Assembly: GCA_024137785.1 (NCBI GenBank)
Contig: JAHRHZ010000016.1
Location: forward strand, 37,381,404 to 37,445,403
DNA from: Ginglymostoma cirratum
Lineage: Eukaryota
Length of the DNA: 64,000 nt
Direction of reading: 5' to 3'
This document shows, piece after piece, positions 12,561 to 24,254 of the stretch. Position 1 is the first letter of the stretch. Each line of letters starts with the position of its first letter. The notes under the pieces were generated by a model. The model was given only the letters and a program-made list of their open reading frames with translations. It was not told the origin of the DNA and did not search any database. The position numbers were made by a program, and so were the translations under genes.

Positions 12561-14569
12561 CCAGCAAAGGTGATTTTTGCTATTCCATGATACAGCTTGT
12601 ATTCTCGTAATTTAGAATTGAGTCTTAAAGTAAATATTCACAAACTAATATAAAAGAGTTGTGTCTTTCTTAGAATCCTTACTTAAGAATTCTAGGATAC
12701 TGTCTTCTAGATGTGGGCTCATGCGGATTTAAGTACTGATATTGGTTAACTTAAAAAAAAATCGACTATACTTATTTCAGCTGTTTTGACAACTCCTGAA
12801 AGAAAGAACATTTCATTACAGGACACAGTCTATAGCTGCTAAAGCTGCCTTTAAATATCTGAAGTTTTTTGTAGTTAAGGTTTTAAGCTGTCAATACGTT
12901 TGGCTGAGTGGCTTAAACTTGCTAAGGGAAAGCAATCACAGAACAATTAACAGAGCCACTTAAAAGTCAGTCAGACTATCATGTTAACTTTAAAATCAAG
13001 TCAAATGTTCTCCAGCTCAAAAAGCTAATAAGAAGGATTTGCTTGGTCGTGGGAAGAGTTATATGTAATGGCAGATAACTGTTTAATTTGCCTTCCTAAG
13101 CAACAGTTATGCCTACACAACTGCTCAATGCCATTTGCCTGGCAGAGGCTGCTGTTTGGGATAAGGGAGCCAAAATTAAGTAGCAGGACCCTCACTGGGC
13201 AGCCATGTGTAACGTCTTTGTTAATGTAATGTGGATTATGTAACTGTTGAGCAAGCTTAATTCTTTGTCAATGTCATCAAGTAACACTGCTAATAGTTTT
13301 ACATTGCAGAACATAAGTGACCAAACCCACAACCCTGTGGCTGGCAATAACATCACAATATTATTGTCTCCAATTTATAGTTCAAACGCAGACAATGGAA
13401 ATATACCCCAGATTTATCAGCATTTGAAAAAATAAAAAGCAGGTCAATATACTTTTTCCATCTTGTATTTCTATTATATTTCTGTGTCTCCACTGAAAGT
13501 GATGCATCTGCAACTCTACCATAACAGTGTATCCATTACTACTTGTAAACATGTAGCCCAACAAAATCCCCAAGTGATTGTGATGACATTAGCAGTGAAA
13601 GAAAATTAGATACGACTGAGAACTTCACCACCACAGGGAGCTGACTTAAATCACAGTCTACATCTCTGAATTATCTAATATTTCACTTAACTTGAGCTGA
13701 ATTTTACAAGACTCATTAATGATCCTAATTGACTTCCCTCCACTGATAGCTGGGAATCCATGTCAGACCCTTCTACTCCCCAGCTTAATTGGAGACGGCT
13801 TCGTTGCAGGAAGATAGACACAAGGTGTCTTGCGATTAAGTGGGCCTGGCTGCCATGTTTCTTGTTGTGGCATACTGCATTAAATTCTGCTCTACATTGT
13901 TTTCCTCTGCCTGGGCATGCCTCCTTATTTATTCTGTGTAGCTTTGATGACTGTTACTTATGCAACCACGAGCCCATACATACAAGTATAGACCAACTGA
14001 GACCTAATTGAATGCACTCACCCAATAAGGATCTTTACAGCTGATATTCACACACAAATGTTCACAATACTTAAGAAGCTGTGTAGGAACGTATGAACCA
14101 GCATCAACACTGTAACTCATGCTTGGAATTACAATTTCCACTTTGTATTAGGTGAAACTTACTGCCCGGATTTTGTTGCTATGTATTCAATGCATTACTA
14201 AAGATTGATGTTAATAACACGCTTTACACTTAAAGTAATGCAATGTGTAGTGATTATTAAATTGTTTATAGGCTCCAAAACACTGACTTGTACTTTGAGG
14301 AGGTTTTCACTTTCAGAATAACTTGTCTATGAACAACACCTGGATTGGAATAAATTGGTTTTCATTATGTGTAAAAAATCGGGCTTTGGCAATATCTTTT
14401 TAGGTACTTTGGACCTGAAATTCTATACTTCTTTCTAGGGGTCAGGATGTACATGAGGGTGGTATGGTGGGGAATTAAGTAGGCAGTTGCAGTGTAGCTG
14501 CTTCTCTGGGCTAGAAATAGGATGAAATATACTTATCAGGAGGGGTACAAGATCAGGAGTCTGATAGTG

Positions 14570-15050
14570 TAGTCTCCTATACCTGGAAGAGTGCAGGTCT
14601 AATAACAATCAAGAACATTGTCCAAGGCAAAGCATCCTGCTTTACTTGCACTCCGTTTACCATTCTCAGCATTCACTTACATTTGCAAGATGCACAGCAA
14701 TAACTCTCCCAGCCTCCTTCCATGAGGTAAAGGCAGGAGATGGAACAGCACCTAGAAGTTTCTCTCCAAACATTTCATCAAGCTTTCCTGCTCCTATGAT
14801 GCTGCTTGGCCTGCTGTGTTCATTCAGCCCCACAACTTGTTACCTCTATTTCATCACCCTGATTTGGAACTACATCATTGATCTTTCACTGTTGCTGGGT
14901 CAGAATTCCCTTCCTAATAGCACTGTGAGCTCCCTACTTATCAAGAACTGCAGCATTTGAAGAACACAGCTCACTATTACCTTCACAAGGGCAATTAACA
15001 ATAAATGTTGGCACACACAGAGATGAGCACATCTGATGAAGGCGTAAAAC
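14570..15050 (+). mobile_element. L2/Crack-like LINE 3' end, interrupted at 14781-14847
   Basis: Similar to 18400-18900 and 57460-58200; ends AAGGGCAATT..CAATAAATGTTGGC. Confidence 0.55.
14781..14847 (+). mobile_element. Short family-A PLE fragment with probable 9-bp TSD
   Basis: AGCTTTCCTGCTCCTATGATGCTGCTTGGCCTGCTGTGTTCAT.. flanked by ATTTCATCA at 14772-14780 and 14848-14856. Confidence 0.75.
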
Positions 15051-15079
15051 TGAAATAAGTTTACAGATATCTCTGGAGA

Positions 15080-15768
15080 CCTGGTTTTGGGATGCGGTGG
15101 GGGGAGGGGAGAGCGGAGCCTTGGGGACCGCTTTGCAGAACACCTATGCTCGGTTCGCACTAAACAACTGCACCTCCCAGTCGCGAACCATTTCAACTCC
15201 CCCTCCCATTCCGCAGATGACATGTCCATCCTGGGCCTCCTGCAGTGCCACAACGATGTTACCTGAAGTTTACAGGAACAGCAACTCATATTTCGCTTGG
15301 GAACCCTGCAGCCCAATGGTATCAATGTGGGCTTCACAAGCTTCAAAACCTCCCCTTCAAAACCGCATTCCAAAACCAGCCCAGCTCGTCCCCGCCTCCC
15401 TAACCTGTCCTTCCTCCCACCCATCCCCTCCACCCACCTGAAGCCCCACCCTCATCTCCTACCTTCTAACCTCATCCCACCCCCTTGACCTGACCATCCT
15501 CCCTGGACTGACCTATCTCCTCCCTACCTCCCCATCTACACTCACCTTTACTGGCTCCATCCCCGCCTCTTTGACCGGTCTGTCTCCTCTCCAGCTATCT
15601 TCTCCTCTATCCATCTTCTATCCGCCTCCCCCCCCTCCCTATTTATTTCAGAACCCCCTTCCCCTCCCCTATTTCGGAAGAAGGGTCTAGGCCCGAAACG
15701 TCAGCCTTCCTGCTCCTCTGATGCTGTTTGGCCTGCTGTGTTCATCCAGCTCTACACCTTGTTATCCA
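15080..15768 (+). mobile_element. Penelope-like element 3' end: GIY-YIG C-terminus, pyrimidine-rich UTR, terminal repeat
   Basis: Reads RSLGDRFAEHLCSVR..HLPVANHFNSPSHS.DDMSILGLLQC..EQQLIFRLGTLQPNGINV.F; followed by C/T-rich UTR and CGGAAGAAGGGTCTAGGCCCGAAACGTC. Confidence 0.9.
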
Positions 15769-16404
15769 AGAAATGTGCCATCTCTGTATCCCCATGTAGG
15801 AGGAATTACAGGGGCTTCAGTTTTAATTCTGCGTATGATCTCCTACTTAGGTTCTGCATCATATAACAATAGATTGAGTGCTTTCTCTTGTTCCAAATGC
15901 AGGAGTGGCTGCCTCTAATTCTGCTCTATGCCTTCCAGACAGCTGCAGACCATACCAAACAAATTACTAAATGTCTTTGTTAGTCATCAATTTGTAGGAA
16001 AACCTGTAACCAAAAATTGCTTCCTCTGCCCTGTTCCCAATGGCAACATGAAACACACAATCCTCACACCATGTAGGAATTCTAATTAGTTATCTTTGAT
16101 CCTAAATTGCTTTTATGTTAAGAAACAAGTAAGTAGTTCTCAGCACAACTGTGTTTAACTCAATAGTTACAACATCTTTCTGGGACTTGAATGACTCTGG
16201 GTTTATTTAATATACATTCAGGGCATCTGCCCTTATTTCCAAGCTTAAATACTTTGCATCATCTTTTTGGTAAAAGAATCTGTGTCCTTTGATCTCTAAC
16301 ACTCCAACATCTCAGGCTCACTGTCATGTAGACTGCAATACTTGTCATACTACCCCTTCAATTGCCCTAAATTTAAAGCTATGGTCCCAACATATACCAT
16401 ACTT

Positions 16405-16625
16405 GAGCTTGTTGACTTGCTCACCGAGCGGCTTGTTTTCATTCAGACATTTCATCACTATCCTAGGTGACATCATCAGTGAAGCCTCCGATGAAGTGAT
16501 GTTATTCTGCTCCACTTAGAATTTAAACTGCCTGCCATTATGGTGAGTAATGTCATTACTGGTTTTGATCTGTATGGGCTCGTACATGGGGCCCAATTCA
16601 ATATGTTTGTTGATTGCATATTACA
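16405..16625 (-). mobile_element. Second Penelope-like family (C), 3' end
   Basis: Minus strand encodes AINKHIELGPMY (PLE ORF-end motif like AINKHIDL.P.Y), followed by a hammerhead motif. Confidence 0.7.
16442..16483 (-). ncRNA. Minimal hammerhead ribozyme motif (family C)
   Basis: UUCA-CUGAUGA-U-GUCAC(CUAGGAUA)GUGAU-GAAA-UG-UC-UGAA: 4-bp stem I, 5-bp stem II, intact core. Confidence 0.75.
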
Positions 16626-17418
16626 TGCTTGTAAAACATGTTACTGCAGCATATTACAGAAATTACGTTGAAAAATGTGCAACACTCTTGGTTGGATTAT
16701 TGCTTTAGGTATGAAAATAATTTGTACATTTGGAAGATTCTATGCATTATTCATTGCACTGCAACCATAATATTCAATTTGATTCAAAATACCCCATAAC
16801 TATTATGCAACTCAAATAGTTAATTTATGGACCTCATTTGGTTTTACTCAGTTATTTTTACAGCATTATCTTGTGTAAGAAATGTTTGGAAACTTACAAA
16901 ATAATAATGTTTGTGATTGCGTCAGCAACTCTGCAAAGGTCAAAGGTAGTTACCTAAAGTTTCGATCATTGAGTTGCTACTTCCAGTTGTTACATAAATC
17001 TGACTTTATTATATTCCACATGATGGTTACTCTGAGTTGTCAATTCCATTTTCACCTTGCATTTTTTTGCAACATAGGAATCAAAATATTTAAATAAGTT
17101 GTTTGTCTTAATTGGCATTGTTGACAGTAAGCCTAGTGACATTGATTGTAACAACCAGCTATCCACCAATTAAAGCTTTATAATTACTTTACAGTGGAAT
17201 CCCCATTACTGTACTTTCCAAATTTTGTAGCACAATGGCCTGAGCTACATTGTCTCATCACAGAATCTATACTTTTCTTCATGTCTCATCTGTTTTTTGC
17301 TAAACAAATGCACATACTATTTGAGATAAAAGGTACTGCAGATGCTGGAGGATCCGAGATAACAAGCATGGGGCTGGATGAACACAGGATGTCAAGCAGC
17401 ATCATAGGAGCAGGAAAA

Positions 17419-17452
17419 CTTGACGTTTCGGGCCTAAACCCTTCATCAGAAA
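17419..17452 (-). ncRNA. Minimal hammerhead ribozyme motif (family A)
   Basis: UUU-CUGAUGA-A-GGGUUUAGGCCC-GAAA-CG-UC-AAG. Confidence 0.75.
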
Positions 17453-17464
17453 AGGGTTTAGGCC

Positions 17465-17864
17465 NNNNNNNNNNNNNNNNNNNNNNNNNNNNNNNNNNNN
17501 NNNNNNNNNNNNNNNNNNNNNNNNNNNNNNNNNNNNNNNNNNNNNNNNNNNNNNNNNNNNNNNNNNNNNNNNNNNNNNNNNNNNNNNNNNNNNNNNNNNN
17601 NNNNNNNNNNNNNNNNNNNNNNNNNNNNNNNNNNNNNNNNNNNNNNNNNNNNNNNNNNNNNNNNNNNNNNNNNNNNNNNNNNNNNNNNNNNNNNNNNNNN
17701 NNNNNNNNNNNNNNNNNNNNNNNNNNNNNNNNNNNNNNNNNNNNNNNNNNNNNNNNNNNNNNNNNNNNNNNNNNNNNNNNNNNNNNNNNNNNNNNNNNNN
17801 NNNNNNNNNNNNNNNNNNNNNNNNNNNNNNNNNNNNNNNNNNNNNNNNNNNNNNNNNNNNNNNN
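17465..17864. other. Assembly gap (400 N), probably spurious
   Basis: The same 22-mer lies on both sides of the gap. Confidence 0.9.
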
Positions 17865-18049
17865 TCATCAGAAAAGGGTTTAGGCCCGAAACGTCAAGTT
17901 TTCCTGCTCCTATGATGCTGCTTGACATCCTGTGTTCATCCAGCCCCATGCTTGTTATTGCACATACTATTCAGTTATTGTTTGATTTTACTGGTTTACT
18001 TCCCACGCCTACATTTTTGTTGTACCAGAATTGTGGCACTCTTGATTGT

Positions 18050-18130
18050 TGAGGATGGAATTTGAACCCAGGTCCCCAAAACAATGCTTAGATCTCTGGG
18101 TTAACAGTCTAGTGATAATACCCCTAGGCT
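18050..18130 (-). mobile_element. tRNA-derived SINE head fragment
   Basis: Reverse complement of GGGGACCTGGGTTCAAATTCC; similar to 4380-4445. Confidence 0.55.
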
Positions 18131-18394
18131 TTGATAACAGGTAATGGCCTGACAGGTTGGAACTTAGCACCTGATCTCTTTATGAAGCAGACTTAGGTAT
18201 AAGTCTGAACAACTGTCAGTCCCAGGCTGGGACTGGCCCATGTACAGTGGTTAGTGTGTAATGGCCCTATTTTCATGTTCAACAGTAAACAATATTCCTT
18301 TCTAGTCAGGCTTCCCAATGCACATTGTTTCCTACGTGGCTCACTGTAGCTATCAAAATAATTTAAGTAACTGACCACTTTCAATTGACAGTTA

Positions 18395-18900
18395 CCAGGT
18401 TCAGTATGATGGAGTTCATTCCACTTGCCTTGATATATGCAACTCCAACAATGATCAAAAGCTTGACACTCTCCAGAAAAAAGCTGCTAACTTGATTGCA
18501 GCCACCATCCACCACTTTGAACATTTATTCCATTCATTACAGAAGCACAGTGGCTGCAGTGTGTATCATCTACAAGATACATTATCGTAATTTACCCAGA
18601 CTCCTCCTCTGTCACCTTCCACAACTACACCATTGGGCTGCAAATGTGCAAAACACCACCACACAATAAATTCCTGTCCCAGCTGTTAACCTTCCTGACC
18701 TGAAACTATTACATTGTTCCTTCACTGTTGCTGGATCAAAATCTTGGAACTCCTCTCCTAACAGCATTGTGGCCATTCCTCTGCCCCAAAGACTGTAGTG
18801 GTTCAAGAAGGCAATCACCACCATTTTCTTCAGTGCATTTATAGATGAACAGTAAATGTTGGGCTAGCCAGTGACAGCCATATCCCATGAACAAGTAAAT
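18395..18900 (+). mobile_element. L2/Crack-like LINE 3' end
   Basis: AAGCTTGACAC..CCAGAAAAAAGCTGC, CACAGTGGCTGCAGTGTGTATCATCTACAAG, TCTTGGAACTCCTCTCCTAACAGC, GTTCAAGAAGGC tail. Confidence 0.7.
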
Positions 18901-20439
18901 GTGTCACAATAAAACTGGTTATGTTGTTCCTGCGAACACGTCCTCTTGATGCTCCCTTCATACTGTCTGACTAACAAAGCCACTGGAGCTATATCTGTTG
19001 AAATTTTAAACATCCAGGTCTTTTGGACAATGTAGTGCAGGGCATACAAGCAAAGAATAATTTTAATAGATCCTCTTGAAAATTTGCACCTCATTATCCC
19101 CCACTCCCGCCTTATCAACCAGAGAGTTCATCATCCATGAAATCAAATAGCACACTTTGCGATCCATGTGCAAACCAGATACTTGTGAGATGAAGACCTG
19201 GATGTGGAACGGAATGTTAAGATGCTGGAGATCAGCTTTTGAAGTTATTTAGACAGAAAATTAGTACCAAAAACAAGTAAGTGAGCCCACAAAATGGAGA
19301 GAAGTGAGGTTTGCTTCTTACTATTATTCAGTATGTACACTTCATCTGCAAGGTAATTTAGACCAAGCTCTGGTTCACTGGAGTGCTTTACAATTCACCT
19401 TCGGAAATCACGCAATGGCACACGTAAAAGAGACGTAATCTAGTTCTGATCACTAGGGGGTACTATTGTTACACTTGCTGCAATCCTGAATGGATACGTA
19501 TTTTGTTCCAAATCCTGGTCATTTCACAAATGTAGTAACAGAAACCGCTTTCATTAAAAACTAAGGAAAACATAGTTGCAAACACATCTTGAAGGAAATA
19601 CTTCAAAGCAATCTTCTCGACAATGTTTCACTTTGAAGTGTAACGTTGCTGTATTTTAGTCACTTACTTGGTCACATTCAAATTCACAAGAGACAACACA
19701 CAATACACCTTTAGTTATAAATCTTGGAAACATTTAACACTTTTTCAGTCTTAAGTTTCTGGGCATCAGATAAAAATCAAGAAAAAGAATTGTTCTGAGC
19801 CTCAACCAATCTGATTACTTCATGACAACAACATTTAAACACAGTGAGAACATATTTCTTTTGCAAAAAGCTAAATAAGTGACACACAGGAAAAGCTGAA
19901 ATGCTGTAGATAGTTGACTTGTGTGCTAACTGTGAATAGTATCACCCACTTTGCAGGAATTGAGCCAATGACTGATTGAGATATTTTTTATTTAAGGGGC
20001 CAAAGAAAAAGCACAAAATGGTTCCTTTAGTGACCAGAAAGGCACTGCCAAATACTGTTCAATAGGGCTTTCAAATGCTGGGCAGATATTTACAACAGGA
20101 CAACAGTTATGGCTCCTTCATTTTACCTCAACACTCTGGGTCTGAATGGGTGAGAGAAAAATAAAATTGCTCAACCTTCTTGCTCCTGATCATAATCCCA
20201 GTGGAATGTGTGCAAGTGAAGAAGTTAGATAAACTCTGTAGTGTCAGAAAATGGGTAGCCAGATGATGAAAATCAGAACACTTATGCCCGGTTTTAATAT
20301 AATTACTTGTACAATTTTGTATTGTATAATTTTGTATTAAATAGACACACTTTCAGACTGTTCCTGTACATACTTTTAATTAGATATGGATGCCACAAGC
20401 GCTGCATTTGAAAAGGACACTATTACGCCACACACACAA

Positions 20440-20600
20440 AAAATCCCACTATTGTCGAAAGTGTTCCTGTATATATGAGCACGAGATATTTTAAATCAAT
20501 CTGTTCAGACATGTTATGACACACTGCTGGAGCAGTGAGTCTTAGACCCAGGCCTTCTGTCTAAGTGGTAGGGACACTACCACTGCACCACAAGAGCCAT
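20440..20600 (-). mobile_element. tRNA-derived SINE fragment
   Basis: Minus strand begins GGCTCTTGTGGTGCAGTGGTAGTGTCCCTAC (A-box), then a decayed B-box. Confidence 0.55.
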
Positions 20601-21394
20601 CAAATATATGACAACGAGTGAGTTCCTAATTAATACCCACCATCTGAGTGCAATTAACACTCGTGATGTGCAATCATCATAAATCAGGCTGATTTACAAT
20701 ACCCTGGGCTGCTGGGGGACATACAAGATTATCAAATATTCAAAATGAGGGGACGATGGAATGAATAAATGAGCAGAAATATGCTTACTGCAAAAGGATT
20801 GAGCTGTTTCATCCAGCCATTTAATTCATTTATAATGAGTCTTTGTTGAGCTTAATAATTATGTTTATGTTTTTTAGCTTTAATTCGTTATGGAAATTTG
20901 TCTTTTGGTTTTATTTACCAGACTTCTGTAGGATAAACATAAAAATATAGAAGGCCAAAACATCAATGAAAGCACTACACCACTCGAAGCCATTAGTTAG
21001 CTTTATCGTTAATATTTTCAAAAGTTGCTTAAAAACTGCAAAGACTTCCAACAACTGATTTTAATATTTTAATATATCAAATGATCTATTTGCCACAAAT
21101 TGGAGGACATTTTCTACATTAGTATCAAATGTCAGGATCATCTTTTTGGAGTTCTTGGCACCTGTCCAAAATGGCCTGAAGTCCAAGTTACTTTTAAATT
21201 CTAACCCCATTAATGTTTCTCCAGTAAACATCAATAGGTTTTTCAGCGCACCTAAATCTTTTCCTGCCAAATAAAATTTGTTTACTGAAAAAGCAGCCAG
21301 TTGATCATTCAGGCTGTTGGAGGAGGCAGGTTGGGACAATGATTCTGAAGTGTCAGATCAGAGGATTGTTATGACTATGGCCTTCCTACTTCTG

Positions 21395-21662
21395 TAAGCC
21401 AGTACTGTGGCTTCACAGTGCTAGGGCCCCAGGTTCAATCCCAGTCTTGGGTGACTGCCTGTGTGGAATTTGTATGTTCTGTCTGCGTAGGTTTCCTCCC
21501 ATGGACTAAAGAAGTATAGGTAAGGGGGATTAGCCGTGTTAAATTGTCCCCTCTTATGCAGGTTATGTGGTTTAGCCATGGTAAATGTGGGACGCTTTTT
21601 GGAGGATCAGCATGGACTCAGTGGGCCAAATGGCTTCTTTCCATACTGTAGGGATTCTATAA
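21395..21662 (+). mobile_element. HE1-like V-SINE
   Basis: CCCAGGTTCAATCCCAG B-box, TGTGTGGAATTTGTATGTTCT, TAAATTGTCCC, tail TGGGCCAAATGG..TTCCATACTGTAGGGATTCTAT. Confidence 0.8.
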
Positions 21663-22149
21663 AATTCTTTTTGGGAAAATAACAACTGAGTTAGTCTAGC
21701 AAAAAGGGCTCTAACTGTCTTTTAAAGAACTATTCCTAGATCTATCAAAGCCTAATGGAAGTGAAATTAGCAAGTACTGTTTCTCCATGAAACTGACAAT
21801 CAAGAGCAGAGGCGCAAATGAACTTGCTCTGTGCCAGGCATTCTTGTTTCTGGGGCTGATCTGGGATAGAGTGCAGAACTGAAGGCCATGTGATTAAATT
21901 GGGAAGTTAAAAATAAAATTCAACACAGCAAATATTTCTTTAAAGAATGTTAGGGAAGAGTAAGCACCAAAGGGAAAATATATAATATTGTTTTAAAAAT
22001 AGCTGAAGTAAAGCTATGGAAAAAAATATGAAATTGGCAGAACAAATCTACATTGGAATGAAATAAAAGGGATCATTATTAAACAAGTCACAGTTTTATT
22101 GTAAAACAAAATGAATTACTAGAAAAACCTAGGTATTGTAATCAGCCTT

Positions 22150-22283
22150 TTTTTCTGAAGAAGGGTCTAGGCTCGGAACGTCAGCTTTCCTACTCCTCTG
22201 ATGCTGCTTGGCCTGCTGTGTTCATCCAGCTCTACACCTTGTTATCTCAGATTCTCCAGCACCTGCAGTTCCTACTATCTCTC
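22150..22283 (+). mobile_element. Single-arm family-A PLE terminal repeat, hammerhead core mutated
   Basis: TTCTGAAGAAGGGTCTAGGCTCGGAACGTCAGC..CACCTGCAGTTCCTACTATCTC. Confidence 0.85.
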
Positions 22284-22840
22284 CCAAATGCTACAGGCAT
22301 TACAGCTGGGAAAGACAACTAAAAGGATAACTAGAACAAATAAGCAATGGAAACAGATTCATGGGATGCAATGACAAGGACATACTGATATGCTTATGAA
22401 GCATTTTTGAGGGGGATAAGATGCTGCATTGAAACAGAAATTGTTATTTTATACCAGACACACACTGTGTGGAATGAAACAAAGAACTGCAAATGTTGAA
22501 GCCTGAAGCAAGAACAGAAAGTGCTGCCAAAACTTCTGTGGGAAGAAAGCAGAGTGAACGTTTCAAGTCCCATGGCATTTCATCAAAACTGATGGCAACT
22601 AGAAAAAGAGCTGTACATATGATGAAGACAACATAGGCATTAGGGTGTGGTGGGGGTATGGGGTGCAGGGTGGAATGGGAGAGGTGAGTGGGCAGGTGGA
22701 GATGGAACCCAGAGAAAGAGAGAGAGATATGAAAGGGGCAGTAAACAAAGAGATTCTAGATAGCAGGTCAGTGCAAAAGAAACAAAAACAGAAGTTGCTA
22801 CGACAGCTCAACAGGTCTGGCTGCATCGCTGAAGAAAAAT

Positions 22841-22880
22841 CAGTTAATGTTTCGTGTCTGGTGACCCTTCGTCAGAACTG
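22841..22880 (-). ncRNA. Minimal hammerhead ribozyme motif (family B)
   Basis: CAGUU-CUGACGA-A-GGGUC(ACCA)GACAC-GAAA-CA-UU-AACUG: 5-bp stem I; one mismatch in stem II. Confidence 0.65.
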
Positions 22881-22975
22881 ATGGTAGCTAGGAAAATGTT
22901 GGTTTATATGAAGTAGACACGGGTCAGGAGTAAACAATAGGTGGAGATAGAACTCAAAGAGAGATAAGACCATCA

Positions 22976-23382
22976 GAGATAAAAGGTACTGCAGATGCTG
23001 GAGAATCCGAGATAACAAGCATGGGGCTGGATGAACACAACAGGTTAAGCAGCATCATAGGAGCAGGAAAACTTGACGTTTCGGGCCTAGACCCTTCATC
23101 AGAAATGGGGGAGGGGAAGAGGGTTCTGAAATAAATAGGGAGAGAGGGGGAGGCAGATAGGGGATGGATAGAGGAGAGGATAGGTGGAGAGGAGGCAGAC
23201 AAGTCGAAGAGGCGGGGATGGAGCCAGTAAAGGTGAGTGTAGGTGCGGGGGTAGGGAGGGGATAGGTCAGTCCAGGGAGGACGGACAGGTCAAGGGGGCG
23301 GGATGATGTTAGTAGATAGGAGAGGGGGTGGGGCTTGAGGTGGGAGGAGGGGATAGGTGAGAGGAAAAACAGGTTAGGGAGG
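22976..23382 (-). mobile_element. Young family-A PLE 3' UTR plus terminal repeat inserted in an older PLE; intact hammerhead motif at ~23072-23105
   Basis: Reverse complement of 15390-15770; minus strand reads UUU-CUGAUGA-AGGGUCUAGGCCC-GAAA-CGUC. Confidence 0.9.
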
Positions 23383-24254
23383 TAGTTGGATAACAAAGGA
23401 GTTGATAACGATTTGGCTAGGAGGGCAAATTGCTGTTAATAGGGATTGTGAGTGACTAACAATAGGTAGTGTGCAATGGCAGACTATCACATAGTCTATT
23501 CCCAATATTGTAATTCCCAATATTGTAATTGCACGGGAAGGTGTTGTGGAAGTATGAGGAGGTTTTGGGAATAGATGAGTGTACCAGATGTCCCAGTTGG
23601 AATGGTCCTTGCAGAATGCTGACAAGGGAGGGAAGGGGAATATGTGTCTGGTTGTCGTATCCCATTGGAGATGACAGAAATGTTGGATTCCATTCTTTTG
23701 GATATCGAAGCTGGGTGGGGTGATAATTGGGTAGAACCTGGCCTCGTTGACCATGGTAGCAGAGAATCCTTAGTTAAGGAGAAAGGTGAACATTTCTCAT
23801 GCTTGCCTGCAGAAGGTGGCATCATCAGAACAGATGCGATAGAGATGGAGAAGCTGGGAGAATGTGATGTAGTCCGTAATGGAAGCAGAGTGTGAGGATA
23901 GATAGTCCAGGTAACTGTGGGAGTTGATGGGTTTGTAGTGGATATTAGTGGTCAGTCTATCCCCAGAAGTGGAAACAGAGATATCGAGAAAGGGTAAGGA
24001 GGGGTCAGAGAGGGGACAGGTGAAGATGAGAACAGGGTGGAAATTGGAAGCAAAATTGACAAATATTTCCAATTCAGAACGAGAGAGGGAAGCAGCATTG
24101 TTGATGTCATCAATGTTCTAGAGAAAGAGTTGTGGAGAGGTACTAAGTAGGATTGGAACAAGGAATGTTCGACATACTCCTCAACGAGACAGGCATAACT
24201 GGGGCCTCTGTGTGTGGAATTGAGTCAATGCTTTTGAATACTATGCTTTTGAAT

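Larger units (their letters stand above)
17322..17958. mobile_element. Palindromic family-A PLE-derived insertion with 13-bp TSD, spanning a gap
   Basis: Arms are reverse complements; TGCACATACTATT at 17309-17321 and 17959-17971. Confidence 0.9.
22478..24230 (-). mobile_element. Nested Penelope-like elements: terminal repeats plus RT/thumb remnant
   Basis: 23797-24210 reads GPSYACL..IDD..FHPVLIFT..SLPFLDISVS.SGDRLTTNIHYKP.NSHSYLDY.SSH..FSQLL.L.RICS (PLE RT); terminal repeats at 22478-22770 and at 22776-22975 plus 23383-23490. Confidence 0.9.

Noticed and set aside
13381-13442. Possible plus-strand micro-exon (FKRRQWKYTPDLSAFEKIKS)
   Set aside because: Weak donor (GTCAAT), unrecognised peptide, no partner exons
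19070-19282. Plus-strand exon ending at CAA/GTAAGT
   Set aside because: Stops in all three frames from the nearest plausible acceptor
21061-21339. 92-aa minus-strand ORF in unique DNA
   Set aside because: No recognisable domain, non-ATG start, no convincing splice sites
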